Part shown: positions 37,846-45,353 of the stretch, one piece after another
Numbering within the stretch: the first letter of the stretch is position 1
How the letters are laid out: every line of letters starts with the position of its first letter
Sequence record: OP966821.1
Source: Pseudomonas phage Fyn8
Direction: 5' to 3' (one strand)
Length of the DNA: 45,617 nucleotides
Made by a program: the position numbers and the translations under genes
Notes under the pieces: generated by a model
Databases searched by the model: none
The model's input: only the letters and a program-made list of their open reading frames with translations
What the model was told of the DNA's origin: nothing

Positions 37846-37846
37846 C
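37818..37846 (+). promoter_or_regulatory. PR-like early rightward promoter: -35 TTGCAC, 17-bp spacer, -10 TAAACT
   Basis: sigma70-like elements 27 nt upstream of the cro start and overlapped by operator half-sites. Confidence 0.5.
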
Positions 37847-37872
37847 TCCAGCAAAACCATGGAGGCAGCCGT

Positions 37873-38070
37873 ATGAATTACGAACAGGCGCTCACCCACT
37901 TCGGAACAGGGCGAGCGATTGCAAAGGCCCTAGGCGTAAGCCCTGGGCGAATTTCTCAGTGCAAATCGGAAGGTGGGTTTTCCTATCAGCATCAGTGCGT
38001 CCTGGAGAAGGCATCCTCTGGCGCGCTTCAGGCCCGTGAAGAAGACGAGCCTCAGCGGATGGCGTCTTGA
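37873..38070 (+). CDS. cro: Cro-like HTH regulator (YdaS/Cro family)
   Basis: 65 aa from the ATG at 37873 with SD GGAGG; divergent from cI; HTH (RAIAKALGVSPGRISQ). Confidence 0.6.
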   Translation: MNYEQALTHFGTGRAIAKALGVSPGRISQCKSEGGFSYQHQCVLEKASSGALQAREEDEPQRMAS

Positions 38071-38384
38071 CCATGACAGCCAGTCAATTAAACGCCGAGC
38101 GTGATGCAAGGGCACGGGAGTTCGAATCCCTGATCCTCAACCGACTTTTGTCGGTGGGTCAGAAGACCGTCGCTGATGCAATCGGCGTGAGCGAATCGAC
38201 TGTCAGTCGCTGGAAAGAGGGCGAGATAGAACGGTGGTGCAAGGTGCTTGCGCTGCTGGAGCTTCAGGTCGTCCCGATGTCGGCTCAGTGTCACCCCACC
38301 GAGTACATCCAGGCGCTCAAGACCCTGGCCGAGCTTGGCCTTCAGGCCGAAAAGAAGCGGCCTGGGCCGTTGGGGTGGGATTGA
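38067..38384 (+). CDS. cII: CII-like transcriptional activator
   Basis: Aligns with lambda CII across the HTH (KTVADAIGVSESTVSRWKEGEIERWCKVLALLELQVV vs lambda EKTAEAVGVDKSQISRWKRD...LLAVLEWGVV). Confidence 0.6.
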   Translation: MTMTASQLNAERDARAREFESLILNRLLSVGQKTVADAIGVSESTVSRWKEGEIERWCKVLALLELQVVPMSAQCHPTEYIQALKTLAELGLQAEKKRPGPLGWD

Positions 38385-38410
38385 GGGGCGCCGAACGCCG
38401 GGCACAAAAA

Positions 38411-38431
38411 AGCCGGGATTGCGGCCCGGCT
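38411..38431. terminator. Hairpin between cII and the next gene; the U-tract is on the minus strand (possible oop-like antisense terminator or tR1-like element)
   Basis: AGCCGGG-attgcgg-CCCGGCT preceded by AAAAAA on the plus strand, which reads as TTTTTT after the stem on the minus strand. Confidence 0.35.
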
Positions 38432-38459
38432 CATTGCTACATCAGATGAGGTAACTCTA

Positions 38460-39212
38460 ATGCATCAGATTATCCACGGCAATACCGAAACCGTCGTTCC
38501 GAAAAATGCGAACCACGACTTCGTGGCGCGCAAAATGAGCACCCTCAAGCTGCGCGATCTCATCAATGATGCCCGCGCGGATGCTGGGGAGCCCAGGGTC
38601 AGGAATGATCAGTTTCTTGCTCGTGTCGAAGACGAGTTGGGTGATGAACTTGAGGGGGTGCAAAAATATTACACCCCCTTCCATGGAAACCAGGTCGCCG
38701 CCTACGACCTGACTCTTGACCAGTGCGTGCTGGTAGGGATGCGCGAATCTAAGTCGGTTCGCCGAACGGTATTGGCCAAACTGAAGTCCTTCGAGGCCCC
38801 TCGTGTTATTGCCACGCTCCCAGACTTCACCAACCCAGTAGTGGCAGCCCGCGCTTGGGCGGATGAGGTGGAGCAGAAACAGGTGGCCCAGCAAGCACTG
38901 GCGATTGCTGCGCCCAAAGCAGAGTTTGTCGACAAGTATGTCGAATCCACCGGGCTCAAGGGCTTTCGCCAAACCGCCAAGCTGCTGAGGGCCAATGAGG
39001 CCCGATTCCGTGAGTTCTTGCTCGACAAGAAGATCATGTATCGCATGGGCGGCGAGTGGCAGGCATACCAGAACCATATCGACGCTGGACGCTTCGCCGT
39101 CAAGACCGGCACAAGCGACAGCGGTCACGCCTTCAATCAAGCCAAATTTACCCCTAAGGGCGTCACCTGGGTGGCCGGCTTGTGGGCGCAGTACAACCTG
39201 GAGGCCCAATGA
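38460..39212 (+). CDS. KilA-C (ANT/KilAC) domain protein, putative anti-repressor
   Basis: C-terminal KilAC-like block (FREFLLDKKIMYR...WQAYQNHIDAGRFAVKT...GHAFNQAKFTPKGVTWVA). Confidence 0.5.
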   Translation: MHQIIHGNTETVVPKNANHDFVARKMSTLKLRDLINDARADAGEPRVRNDQFLARVEDELGDELEGVQKYYTPFHGNQVAAYDLTLDQCVLVGMRESKSVRRTVLAKLKSFEAPRVIATLPDFTNPVVAARAWADEVEQKQVAQQALAIAAPKAEFVDKYVESTGLKGFRQTAKLLRANEARFREFLLDKKIMYRMGGEWQAYQNHIDAGRFAVKTGTSDSGHAFNQAKFTPKGVTWVAGLWAQYNLEAQ

Positions 39213-40018
39213 TGGCCCGTTCAAGAAACATCAAGCCAGGGTTCTTTTCGAACGAGCATCTGGTGGAGCTGGACTTTGCAACTCGCCTCCTGTTCATCGG
39301 CCTTTGGACCGAGGCTGACCGGGAGGGTCGCCTCGAAGATCGCCCGCGCCGCCTGAAAATGGCCTTGTTCCCGGCTGACAATGTCGACATGGACCGAATG
39401 CTCGATGACCTTGATCACTTGGGGTTCATCAAGCGCTACACCGTGGGCGACGTGAAGGCCATTCAGATCATCAACTGGTCGAAACACCAGAATCCGCACG
39501 TCAAGGAAGCCAAGAGCATGATCCCTGAAATGCCCGAGGTAGACGCATGCCAGGGAAAGAATGAGGAAAGCACCGTGCAAGCACCGGACTCGCACAGTTC
39601 TTTCCCTGCTGATTCCCTCTCTCTTGATTCCGGATTCCTGATTCCTGATTCCCTCAACCCGTCGCAAGCTCCGGTTGACCGCGCAGAGATGTTCTCGCGG
39701 TTCTGGAAGCTGTATCCGCGAAAGGTCGGGAAGGACAAGGCCGAGAAGGCGTGGGCGAAGCTGAAGCTCACTGCCGACCTGTTTGACACGATCGTCAGCG
39801 CCCTGGCCAAGCACCGGCAGTTGCCCAGTTGGACCAAGGACAACGGGCAGTTCATCCCGCATGCATCGACGTGGCTCAACGGGAAGCGCTGGGAGGATGA
39901 GATTGACCTTCCGCGCGGCAATGTCCACCACCTACCAAGCAGCCGCCACCACGGGTTTGCTGATCGCGACTACACCGCAGGCTTGATCGAGCGGGAGGAC
40001 GGCACCTATGGCTTCTAA
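39209..40018 (+). CDS. Replication initiation protein (O-like / replisome organiser)
   Basis: 269 aa with SD GGAGG; N-terminal winged-helix-like region followed by a D/S/P-rich linker that contains the DNA iterons; immediately precedes the DnaC-like loader. Confidence 0.5.
   Translation: MMARSRNIKPGFFSNEHLVELDFATRLLFIGLWTEADREGRLEDRPRRLKMALFPADNVDMDRMLDDLDHLGFIKRYTVGDVKAIQIINWSKHQNPHVKEAKSMIPEMPEVDACQGKNEESTVQAPDSHSSFPADSLSLDSGFLIPDSLNPSQAPVDRAEMFSRFWKLYPRKVGKDKAEKAWAKLKLTADLFDTIVSALAKHRQLPSWTKDNGQFIPHASTWLNGKRWEDEIDLPRGNVHHLPSSRHHGFADRDYTAGLIEREDGTYGF
39611..39652. repeat. Iteron cluster (candidate ori): five GATTCC repeats, the last three as tandem TGATTCC heptamers
   Basis: GATTCC at 39611, 39626, 39633, 39640 and 39647, all inside the O-like gene linker, as for lambda ori. 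Confidence 0.5.
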
Positions 40019-40823
40019 CGCCCTGAATCTTGAAGTCTGCGACCTGGAACGCCGTTTCGGGATCGTCTCCAAGACTCCCGCAAAATGCGACAAGCACGGC
40101 GAGTACGCGGCTGTTTTCCGTAGGAACTCGGACAAGCCCACCGGCTGCCCTGAGTGCTCCAGGGAGGCTGAGGCTGAAAAACTTCGCGATGAGCAGGCCG
40201 AAATGCGGCGCCGGAACGAGCGCGAGCGTATGGAGCGTCGGCTCGCTGGAGTAATGATCCCTCCGCGCTTTCAGGGTCGCACTTTCGACTCATACATCGC
40301 GCAGAACGATGGCCAGCGTAAAGCGCTGAAGGTTTGCCGAAAGTACGCAGACGACTTCGCCGAGAACAAGCGCCTGGGTCGGTGTCTGCTGCTTCTTGGC
40401 ATGCCTGGGACCGGGAAGACGCACCTTGCCACTGCAATCGCTGGGCACGTCGTCTGCAACAGCGCTTCGGTGACTGCCGCCTATCGCACGGTGAGCACAA
40501 TTCTCCAGTTTGTGAAGGGGAGTTTTGATCGCGAAGCCGAGTACACCGAAGCCCAGGCTTTCGAGGCCCTTTGCGCCCCCTCGCTACTGATCATCGACGA
40601 GGTGGGGGCAACGAAGCCGACCGACTTCGAGCTTGCAACCCTCTTCAGCGTGATCGATGGGCGATACCAGAACCTAATGCCGACCATCGTGATTTCGAAC
40701 CTCAAGGCCGAGGAACTGCCCGGAGCGCTTGGAGAGCGCTGCGTCGACAGGTTGCGCGAAAACGGCGGGATAGCGGTCCGGTTCGACTGGCCGTCGAAGC
40801 GATCGGAGGTGCGTCATGACTAA
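40008..40823 (+). CDS. DnaC/IstB-like AAA+ helicase loader with an N-terminal Zn-ribbon
   Basis: Walker A (LLLGMPGTGKTHLATAIA), Walker B (LLIIDEVG) and an N-terminal CDKHG...CPEC. Confidence 0.8.
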   Translation: MASNALNLEVCDLERRFGIVSKTPAKCDKHGEYAAVFRRNSDKPTGCPECSREAEAEKLRDEQAEMRRRNERERMERRLAGVMIPPRFQGRTFDSYIAQNDGQRKALKVCRKYADDFAENKRLGRCLLLLGMPGTGKTHLATAIAGHVVCNSASVTAAYRTVSTILQFVKGSFDREAEYTEAQAFEALCAPSLLIIDEVGATKPTDFELATLFSVIDGRYQNLMPTIVISNLKAEELPGALGERCVDRLRENGGIAVRFDWPSKRSEVRHD

Positions 40824-40968
40824 GGCTCACAACGGAAAGATCACCACCGAAGGCTTGCAACTGCCGAGTGCCTGCGACATCTGCGGCAAATCCCGCGCCC
40901 ACGGAAGCCACGTGAAGTGCAGCAAGATCCGGCAGGCGCAGTACCGGGCGAAGAGGGCTGCGAAATGA
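40816..40968 (+). CDS. Small Zn-ribbon-like protein (50 aa)
   Basis: Not in the ORF track; ATG at 40816 overlaps the dnaC-like stop; CDICGK...HGSHVKC; basic C-terminus. Confidence 0.3.
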   Translation: MTKAHNGKITTEGLQLPSACDICGKSRAHGSHVKCSKIRQAQYRAKRAAK

Positions 40969-41180
40969 AGACCTTCGAACTCCTGCGCATGGAAGGCCTG
41001 CGCACCTACGGTCGCCAGGTCGAGGCCAGCACCTGGCGCGAAGCCGAGCAGCAATGCCGCGACGGCGAGATCGTAAACGGCGAACTGATCGGTGTGTACG
41101 ACTGCGATCCGGTGACTGAGGCGGTATGCACTGCGCGCAATGACGTGATGATTGAGCGGATGGAGGTGTGCTGTGGCTAA
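40965..41180 (+). CDS. Hypothetical nin-region protein (71 aa)
   Basis: ATG at 40965 with SD GAGGG; ATGA-coupled to the preceding small ORF. Confidence 0.35.
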   Translation: MKTFELLRMEGLRTYGRQVEASTWREAEQQCRDGEIVNGELIGVYDCDPVTEAVCTARNDVMIERMEVCCG

Positions 41181-41574
41181 TCCACGCTTCCACCTGCGCA
41201 ACGAGACTGACCGTCAGCGCGCTATAGCGATCCTTCAGCGCGTTGACCTAACCGAGGGCAAGACCTGGAGCCTGCACGACGAAGCCCGCAGCGATGCGCA
41301 AAACAGGCGTATGTGGGCCATGTTGCGCGACATCAGCCAACAGGTCGAGTGGTATGGCCGGAAGCTGGACGACGAAAGCTGGAAGCACGTCTTCAGTGCG
41401 GCGGTGCAACAGCAGGACGCTGTTCCCGGAATCAACGGCGGCTTCGTGGTCCTAGGCGTCTCCACCCGCAAGCAATCCAAGAAGTGGTTCAACGAAATGT
41501 TCTTGGTGATGGAGTCCTTCGCTGCTGAGCGCGGAGTGAAGTTCACCACTCGTGATTATTGGGAGGCCGCATGA
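41173..41574 (+). CDS. ninB: NinB (Orf-family recombination mediator)
   Basis: Aligns with lambda NinB (DAQNRRMWAMLRDISQQVEWYGRKLDDESWKHVFSAAVQQQDAVPGINGGFVVLG vs lambda DQNRKLWACLGDVSRQVEWHGRWLDAESWKCVFTAALKQQDVVP); GTG start with SD GGAGG. Confidence 0.7.
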   Translation: MANPRFHLRNETDRQRAIAILQRVDLTEGKTWSLHDEARSDAQNRRMWAMLRDISQQVEWYGRKLDDESWKHVFSAAVQQQDAVPGINGGFVVLGVSTRKQSKKWFNEMFLVMESFAAERGVKFTTRDYWEAA

Positions 41575-42257
41575 GCGTCATCAAGCGCTTCGAGCGCAAT
41601 CGGGCCGGCCGAGACTTTGCAGTCGGTGACATCCACGGCCATTTCACACTTTTGCAGAAGGCTCTCGATGCTGCGTGCTTCGATCCGGCCGTTGACCGCC
41701 TATTCAGCGTCGGCGACCTGATTGACCGTGGCCCTGAGTGCGAGGACGTTGAGGCGTGGCTGGCCAAGCCATGGTTCCACCCAGTGCGCGGCAATCACGA
41801 TGACTACGTGTGCCGGTACGACACCTGCGAGATCGGAAACTGGATGCGCAATGGAGGTTCGTGGTTCGTCGGCCTCCCGGAAGTCCAGCAGCAGTGCCTG
41901 GCCATCTCCTTCCGCGAACTCCCGATCGGTATCGAGATCGACACCCAGAACGGCCTCGTCGGACTGGTCCACGCTGACTGCGTCTTCGACTCGTGGGATG
42001 AGCTGAAACGCGAACTCGACTGTGCGAGCAACCAGCGCCGCAAGTTGGTGATGAATACCTGCATGTGGTCGCGCACTCGCATCGAGCAGCACGACGAACG
42101 CCCCGTGCACGGTCTCCGTGCCCTGGTGGTGGGCCATAACCCGCTGCGCCGCCCGGTTGTGCTCGGCAACGTCTACCACATCGACACGATGGGATGGCGG
42201 CCACAAGACGGCGGGTACTTCACTCTGCTTAACCTCGAAACTCTGGAGGCCGCATGA
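41571..42257 (+). CDS. Ser/Thr protein phosphatase (lambda PP / NinI-like metallophosphoesterase)
   Basis: PPP-family motifs GDIHG, GDLIDRG, GNHD; SD GGAGG. Confidence 0.8.
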   Translation: MSVIKRFERNRAGRDFAVGDIHGHFTLLQKALDAACFDPAVDRLFSVGDLIDRGPECEDVEAWLAKPWFHPVRGNHDDYVCRYDTCEIGNWMRNGGSWFVGLPEVQQQCLAISFRELPIGIEIDTQNGLVGLVHADCVFDSWDELKRELDCASNQRRKLVMNTCMWSRTRIEQHDERPVHGLRALVVGHNPLRRPVVLGNVYHIDTMGWRPQDGGYFTLLNLETLEAA

Positions 42258-42517
42258 GCAAGTTCAAGGCTGGCGATCTCGCTCTTAATCTGCAAGACAT
42301 CCCCAGCTGCATCAGTGCGGGAGTGGTAGTCGAGTTGATGTCTCGACTTGCCCCTGGTGATCTGTTTGCCGAAGACGGCCAGACCTTTCAGGTGAATCGG
42401 CCAGCTTGGTGGGTGCTCCATGAAGGAGACCGGCTCTACATACCTGAACGGTATCTCATGCCCCTGCGCGGCGACTTCCAGCCCGAGCAGCAGAAGGCGA
42501 AGGGGGTGGAGGCATGA
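42254..42517 (+). CDS. Hypothetical nin-region protein (87 aa)
   Basis: Translationally coupled chain (ATGA overlaps). Confidence 0.4.
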   Translation: MSKFKAGDLALNLQDIPSCISAGVVVELMSRLAPGDLFAEDGQTFQVNRPAWWVLHEGDRLYIPERYLMPLRGDFQPEQQKAKGVEA

Positions 42518-42672
42518 GCAGGCGGCAGGTTGCAAAAATTCTGGTGGGCCAGCTTCTGGTCATCGCACTCGTCATCTACACGCAGACCTCTGCGGCCATC
42601 AGCCCATGGATTGTCTCAATGGTTGGGACGGCCACCCTATGGCTTGGCTACTTCGCGGGAGAAGAGCTATGA
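42514..42672 (+). CDS. Small membrane protein (52 aa, 2 TM)
   Basis: Not in the ORF track; SD GGTGGAGG; MSRRQVAKILVGQLLVIALVIYTQTSAAISPWIVSMVGTATLWLGYFAGEEL. Confidence 0.3.
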   Translation: MSRRQVAKILVGQLLVIALVIYTQTSAAISPWIVSMVGTATLWLGYFAGEEL

Positions 42673-42902
42673 GCCGCAGCTTGTTCTTCCGCGCCATGCG
42701 GAGAGTTCCTGTTCGGCCAAGAGCGCTCATTGTCCTGATGATCATGATCGCCTTTGGCTGGGTGCCGCTTGTGGTGGCCGTATGCGAGGCAGTCGGCGAA
42801 GGGGTTCGGGCCTGCCGGCAGGAATCGTCCAGGCTCTACGGCGACTTCAGCAAAGCTTTCACCGACTGCTGGAAAGCCTTGGTTTCGGGGGAGCCTCAAT
42901 GA
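42669..42902 (+). CDS. Small membrane protein (77 aa, 1-2 TM)
   Basis: ATG at 42669 with SD GGAGAAG; VPVRPRALIVLMIMIAFGWVPLVVAVC. Confidence 0.35.
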   Translation: MSRSLFFRAMRRVPVRPRALIVLMIMIAFGWVPLVVAVCEAVGEGVRACRQESSRLYGDFSKAFTDCWKALVSGEPQ

Positions 42903-43483
42903 GCCTATCCGCCAGCCAGCCCAAGCCGAAGAAGTGCCAGAACCCTGAGTGCAGCCAGGAGTTCACCCCTCGCTTCAGCAGCACGCAAAAGGTCTGCTCG
43001 CCGGCCTGCGCCCTGTCCATCAAGGACAAGCACGCCAAGCGGGCGCGGAAGGCTATCGCCGACCGCGAGCGGAGGGAGATCAAGGTTCGGAAGGAGAGGC
43101 TGAAGAGCAGGGCGGATCACCTGCGAGAGGCTCAGCAGGCATTCAACGAATTCATTCGCCTGCGCGACGCCTACCAGCCGTGCATCAGTTGTGGCCGCCA
43201 CCACGATGGGCAGTACCACGCTGGGCACTACCGCACGGTTGCCGCCAGCCCAGAGCTGCGCTTCGAACCGCTCAACGTCCACAAGCAGTGCGCCCCATGC
43301 AACAACCACAAGTCAGGCGACATCGTGAACTACCGGATCAACCTGGTGCGCAAGATCGGCGCCGAGAACGTGGAGTGGCTGGAAGGCCCTCATGAGCCCC
43401 TGAAACTGACCATCGAAGAAATCAAAGCGCTGAAGGCCCAGTTCCGGGCCTGGGTGCGAGAACTGAAGAGGGCTACGGCATGA
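42899..43483 (+). CDS. ninG: NinG / Rap-like recombination protein
   Basis: 194 aa from the ATG at 42899 with SD GGGGAG; Cys/His-rich NinG-like core (CISCGRHHDGQYHAGHYRTV...CAPCNNHKSGD). Confidence 0.65.
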   Translation: MSLSASQPKPKKCQNPECSQEFTPRFSSTQKVCSPACALSIKDKHAKRARKAIADRERREIKVRKERLKSRADHLREAQQAFNEFIRLRDAYQPCISCGRHHDGQYHAGHYRTVAASPELRFEPLNVHKQCAPCNNHKSGDIVNYRINLVRKIGAENVEWLEGPHEPLKLTIEEIKALKAQFRAWVRELKRATA

Positions 43484-44166
43484 ATCTAAACAGCGCGCGC
43501 ATTGCCTGGCACGATGCGTTCTATACCCCTTGGAACAGCGGCATGGCTGAGGCGGCAGAGCGAGCTGCTCTTGGAATTGTCGAAGCTGGCGGATATGTCC
43601 GGCGCCGTATCACCGAGATCGACGATGATGGGGATGCTGTCTCCTACAGCCAGCACACCTTCGTGCCAGGAATCCGCCAGACCAGGACTGAGCGCGACAT
43701 TAGCACTCCTCGGGCTGTTCATCAGGCGCTCGCCGGCGTGATTCAAAAGGCGATCGATACCCTCCCGGCGCACCTGAAGGTGTTCGGCAATCACATGTAC
43801 AGCCCGATGGCTGACGAAGACGACAAGGAGGCTGCGGAAGAGATCGTGTTCAGGGGCGCGTACGAAACTGGCCCAAGGATGTACACGAAGAAATTCGAGA
43901 AGGCGCGCTATGTCGCTGCGGGAGTCTTGTTCCGGTACCGTCGCATGCACCAGGGCGGGCAAAGCGAAGGTGTTGATCCTTGCCCGAGCCCTGAGTCGTT
44001 CCGCGCCTGGCTGCTCCAGACTCACGGACTTGAGCTGTCGTCAGAGCAATGGACCAGGGAGTGGGAGGGATTCATTCAGTCCTGTTTTGATGCCTGCAAT
44101 GACCTCGACAAGGCAGCGCTTGCGCCTGTCTCCTCGGCGATAAAAATGATGAAAAATGCTGCTTGA
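43480..44166 (+). CDS. Putative late-gene antiterminator (Q-like); assigned by position
   Basis: 228 aa, last gene of the nin operon, followed by a strong intrinsic terminator, tRNAs, and then lysis and packaging genes. Confidence 0.35.
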   Translation: MNLNSARIAWHDAFYTPWNSGMAEAAERAALGIVEAGGYVRRRITEIDDDGDAVSYSQHTFVPGIRQTRTERDISTPRAVHQALAGVIQKAIDTLPAHLKVFGNHMYSPMADEDDKEAAEEIVFRGAYETGPRMYTKKFEKARYVAAGVLFRYRRMHQGGQSEGVDPCPSPESFRAWLLQTHGLELSSEQWTREWEGFIQSCFDACNDLDKAALAPVSSAIKMMKNAA

Positions 44167-44237
44167 CGACAAATGTCCGGCTGAGGCACACTTATGTCCA
44201 TCGTGACAAATTCGCCTCTGGCGAAAGTCACCACCGA

Positions 44238-44266
44238 AGCCCTGGCATCTGCCGGGGCTTTTTCGT
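44238..44266 (+). terminator. Strong rho-independent terminator downstream of the Q-like gene (tR'-like)
   Basis: 10-bp stem AAGCCCTGGC-atct-GCCGGGGCTT followed by TTTTCGTTT. Confidence 0.65.
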
Positions 44267-44291
44267 TTCCAGCCCAATGCGGAGTTCTGAA

Positions 44292-44390
44292 ATGTCTGCC
44301 GAATCGAAAGATGTTTGGCTGCTCAAGGGTATCGGCGGTGGCGCGCTGGTCCTGCTGCTTCTGGTTGGAGCGGTAGTAGTACTGATCTGA
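44292..44390 (+). CDS. 32-aa hydrophobic peptide (single TM)
   Basis: SD GGAG 8 nt upstream; MSAESKDVWLLKGIGGGALVLLLLVGAVVVLI. Confidence 0.25.
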   Translation: MSAESKDVWLLKGIGGGALVLLLLVGAVVVLI

Positions 44391-44735
44391 ATCCTTCTGG
44401 GTTGCGACTACGCGGCCGAGGATGGTCAAAGGTGGGACCCGGCCCTACCGCGACCTAATACTCCGGGATCGCCTTGGACACGCAGGCGTTAAAGTGAAGT
44501 GGGGGCCGGTGGAAGCCCGGCACGGAGTGAATGCGCAGGCTGATGCGCTAAGAGGATACGCGGCGGCAACGTTCAGTGGGCGTTATAGCCAGTTCACCGC
44601 CATGCCGGATTCAGCACCGGTCACTCCAAATCACGCATGCGGAAGAAGAAGGCAAGGGTCACCACTGGTGATCAAGGCGAAAGCTCCGGCTCCTTGCTCT
44701 GCGGGCGTGACGCCGGCTAGTCCGGCACCTATTCT

Positions 44736-44801
<66 letters not shown>

Positions 44802-44812
44802 ACTCGATTCAA

Positions 44813-44887
44813 TGACGTGTAGCTCAGAGGTAGAGCGGTCGGCTGTTACCCGACTGGTCGATGGTTCGATCCCATCCGCGTCAGCCA
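44813..44887 (+). tRNA. tRNA-Asn (GTT)
   Basis: Cloverleaf: acceptor TGACGTG/CGCGTCA, D stem GCTC/GAGC, anticodon stem GTCGG/CCGAC with loop CTGTTAC, T arm GATGG-TTCGATC-CCATC, discriminator G and CCA. Confidence 0.8.
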
Positions 44888-44891
44888 ATAA

Positions 44892-44967
44892 GCCGGTATG
44901 GCGCAACAGGGAGCGCTGCTGATTTGTAATCAGAGGGTTGCGGGTTCGACTCCTGCTGCCGGCACCA
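44892..44967 (+). tRNA. tRNA-Thr (TGT)
   Basis: Acceptor GCCGGTA/TGCCGGC, D stem GCGC/GCGC, anticodon loop TTTGTAA (one G-A mismatch at the 27-43 pair), T arm GCGGG-TTCGACT-CCTGC, discriminator A and CCA. Confidence 0.75.
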
Positions 44968-44976
44968 CACTACAAG

Positions 44977-45001
44977 GCCCAGGCAATGACCTGGGCTTTT
45001 C
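44977..45001 (+). terminator. Rho-independent terminator after the tRNA cluster
   Basis: GCCCAGG-caatgac-CCTGGGC followed by TTTT. Confidence 0.65.
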
Positions 45002-45019
45002 TGCATCTGGAGTAAGCAA

Positions 45020-45352
45020 ATGGACCCGATGACGACCGTTGGCGGAGGTCTCTTCGCCAAGTACAGCGTCGCTATTGCCGGGTTCTGGGGGTCGATTCTG
45101 TCCCTTGGATTCCTGAGCGGCCTGAACCGCTGGCAAGCCGCGCTCGCTGTAGCAACCGGATTCGGGTGCTCAACCTATTGGACTGCTCCGGTTGCCGCAT
45201 GGCTTTCGCGTGAGTACGAGATTCCACTCGATGACGCATTTCTGAGTGGTGTCGCATTCACCATTGGTTTGCTGGCGATGAATATCATCCCCGGCCTGAA
45301 GGCGGCAGTAACGGCAATCACAGAGCGGTTCCTTCCTACGAGAGGAACCTGA
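45020..45352 (+). CDS. Putative class I holin (3 TM, 110 aa)
   Basis: SD GGAG; three hydrophobic helices and a charged C-terminus; sits just upstream of the packaging genes in circular order. Confidence 0.4.
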   Translation: MDPMTTVGGGLFAKYSVAIAGFWGSILSLGFLSGLNRWQAALAVATGFGCSTYWTAPVAAWLSREYEIPLDDAFLSGVAFTIGLLAMNIIPGLKAAVTAITERFLPTRGT

Positions 45353-45353
45353 T

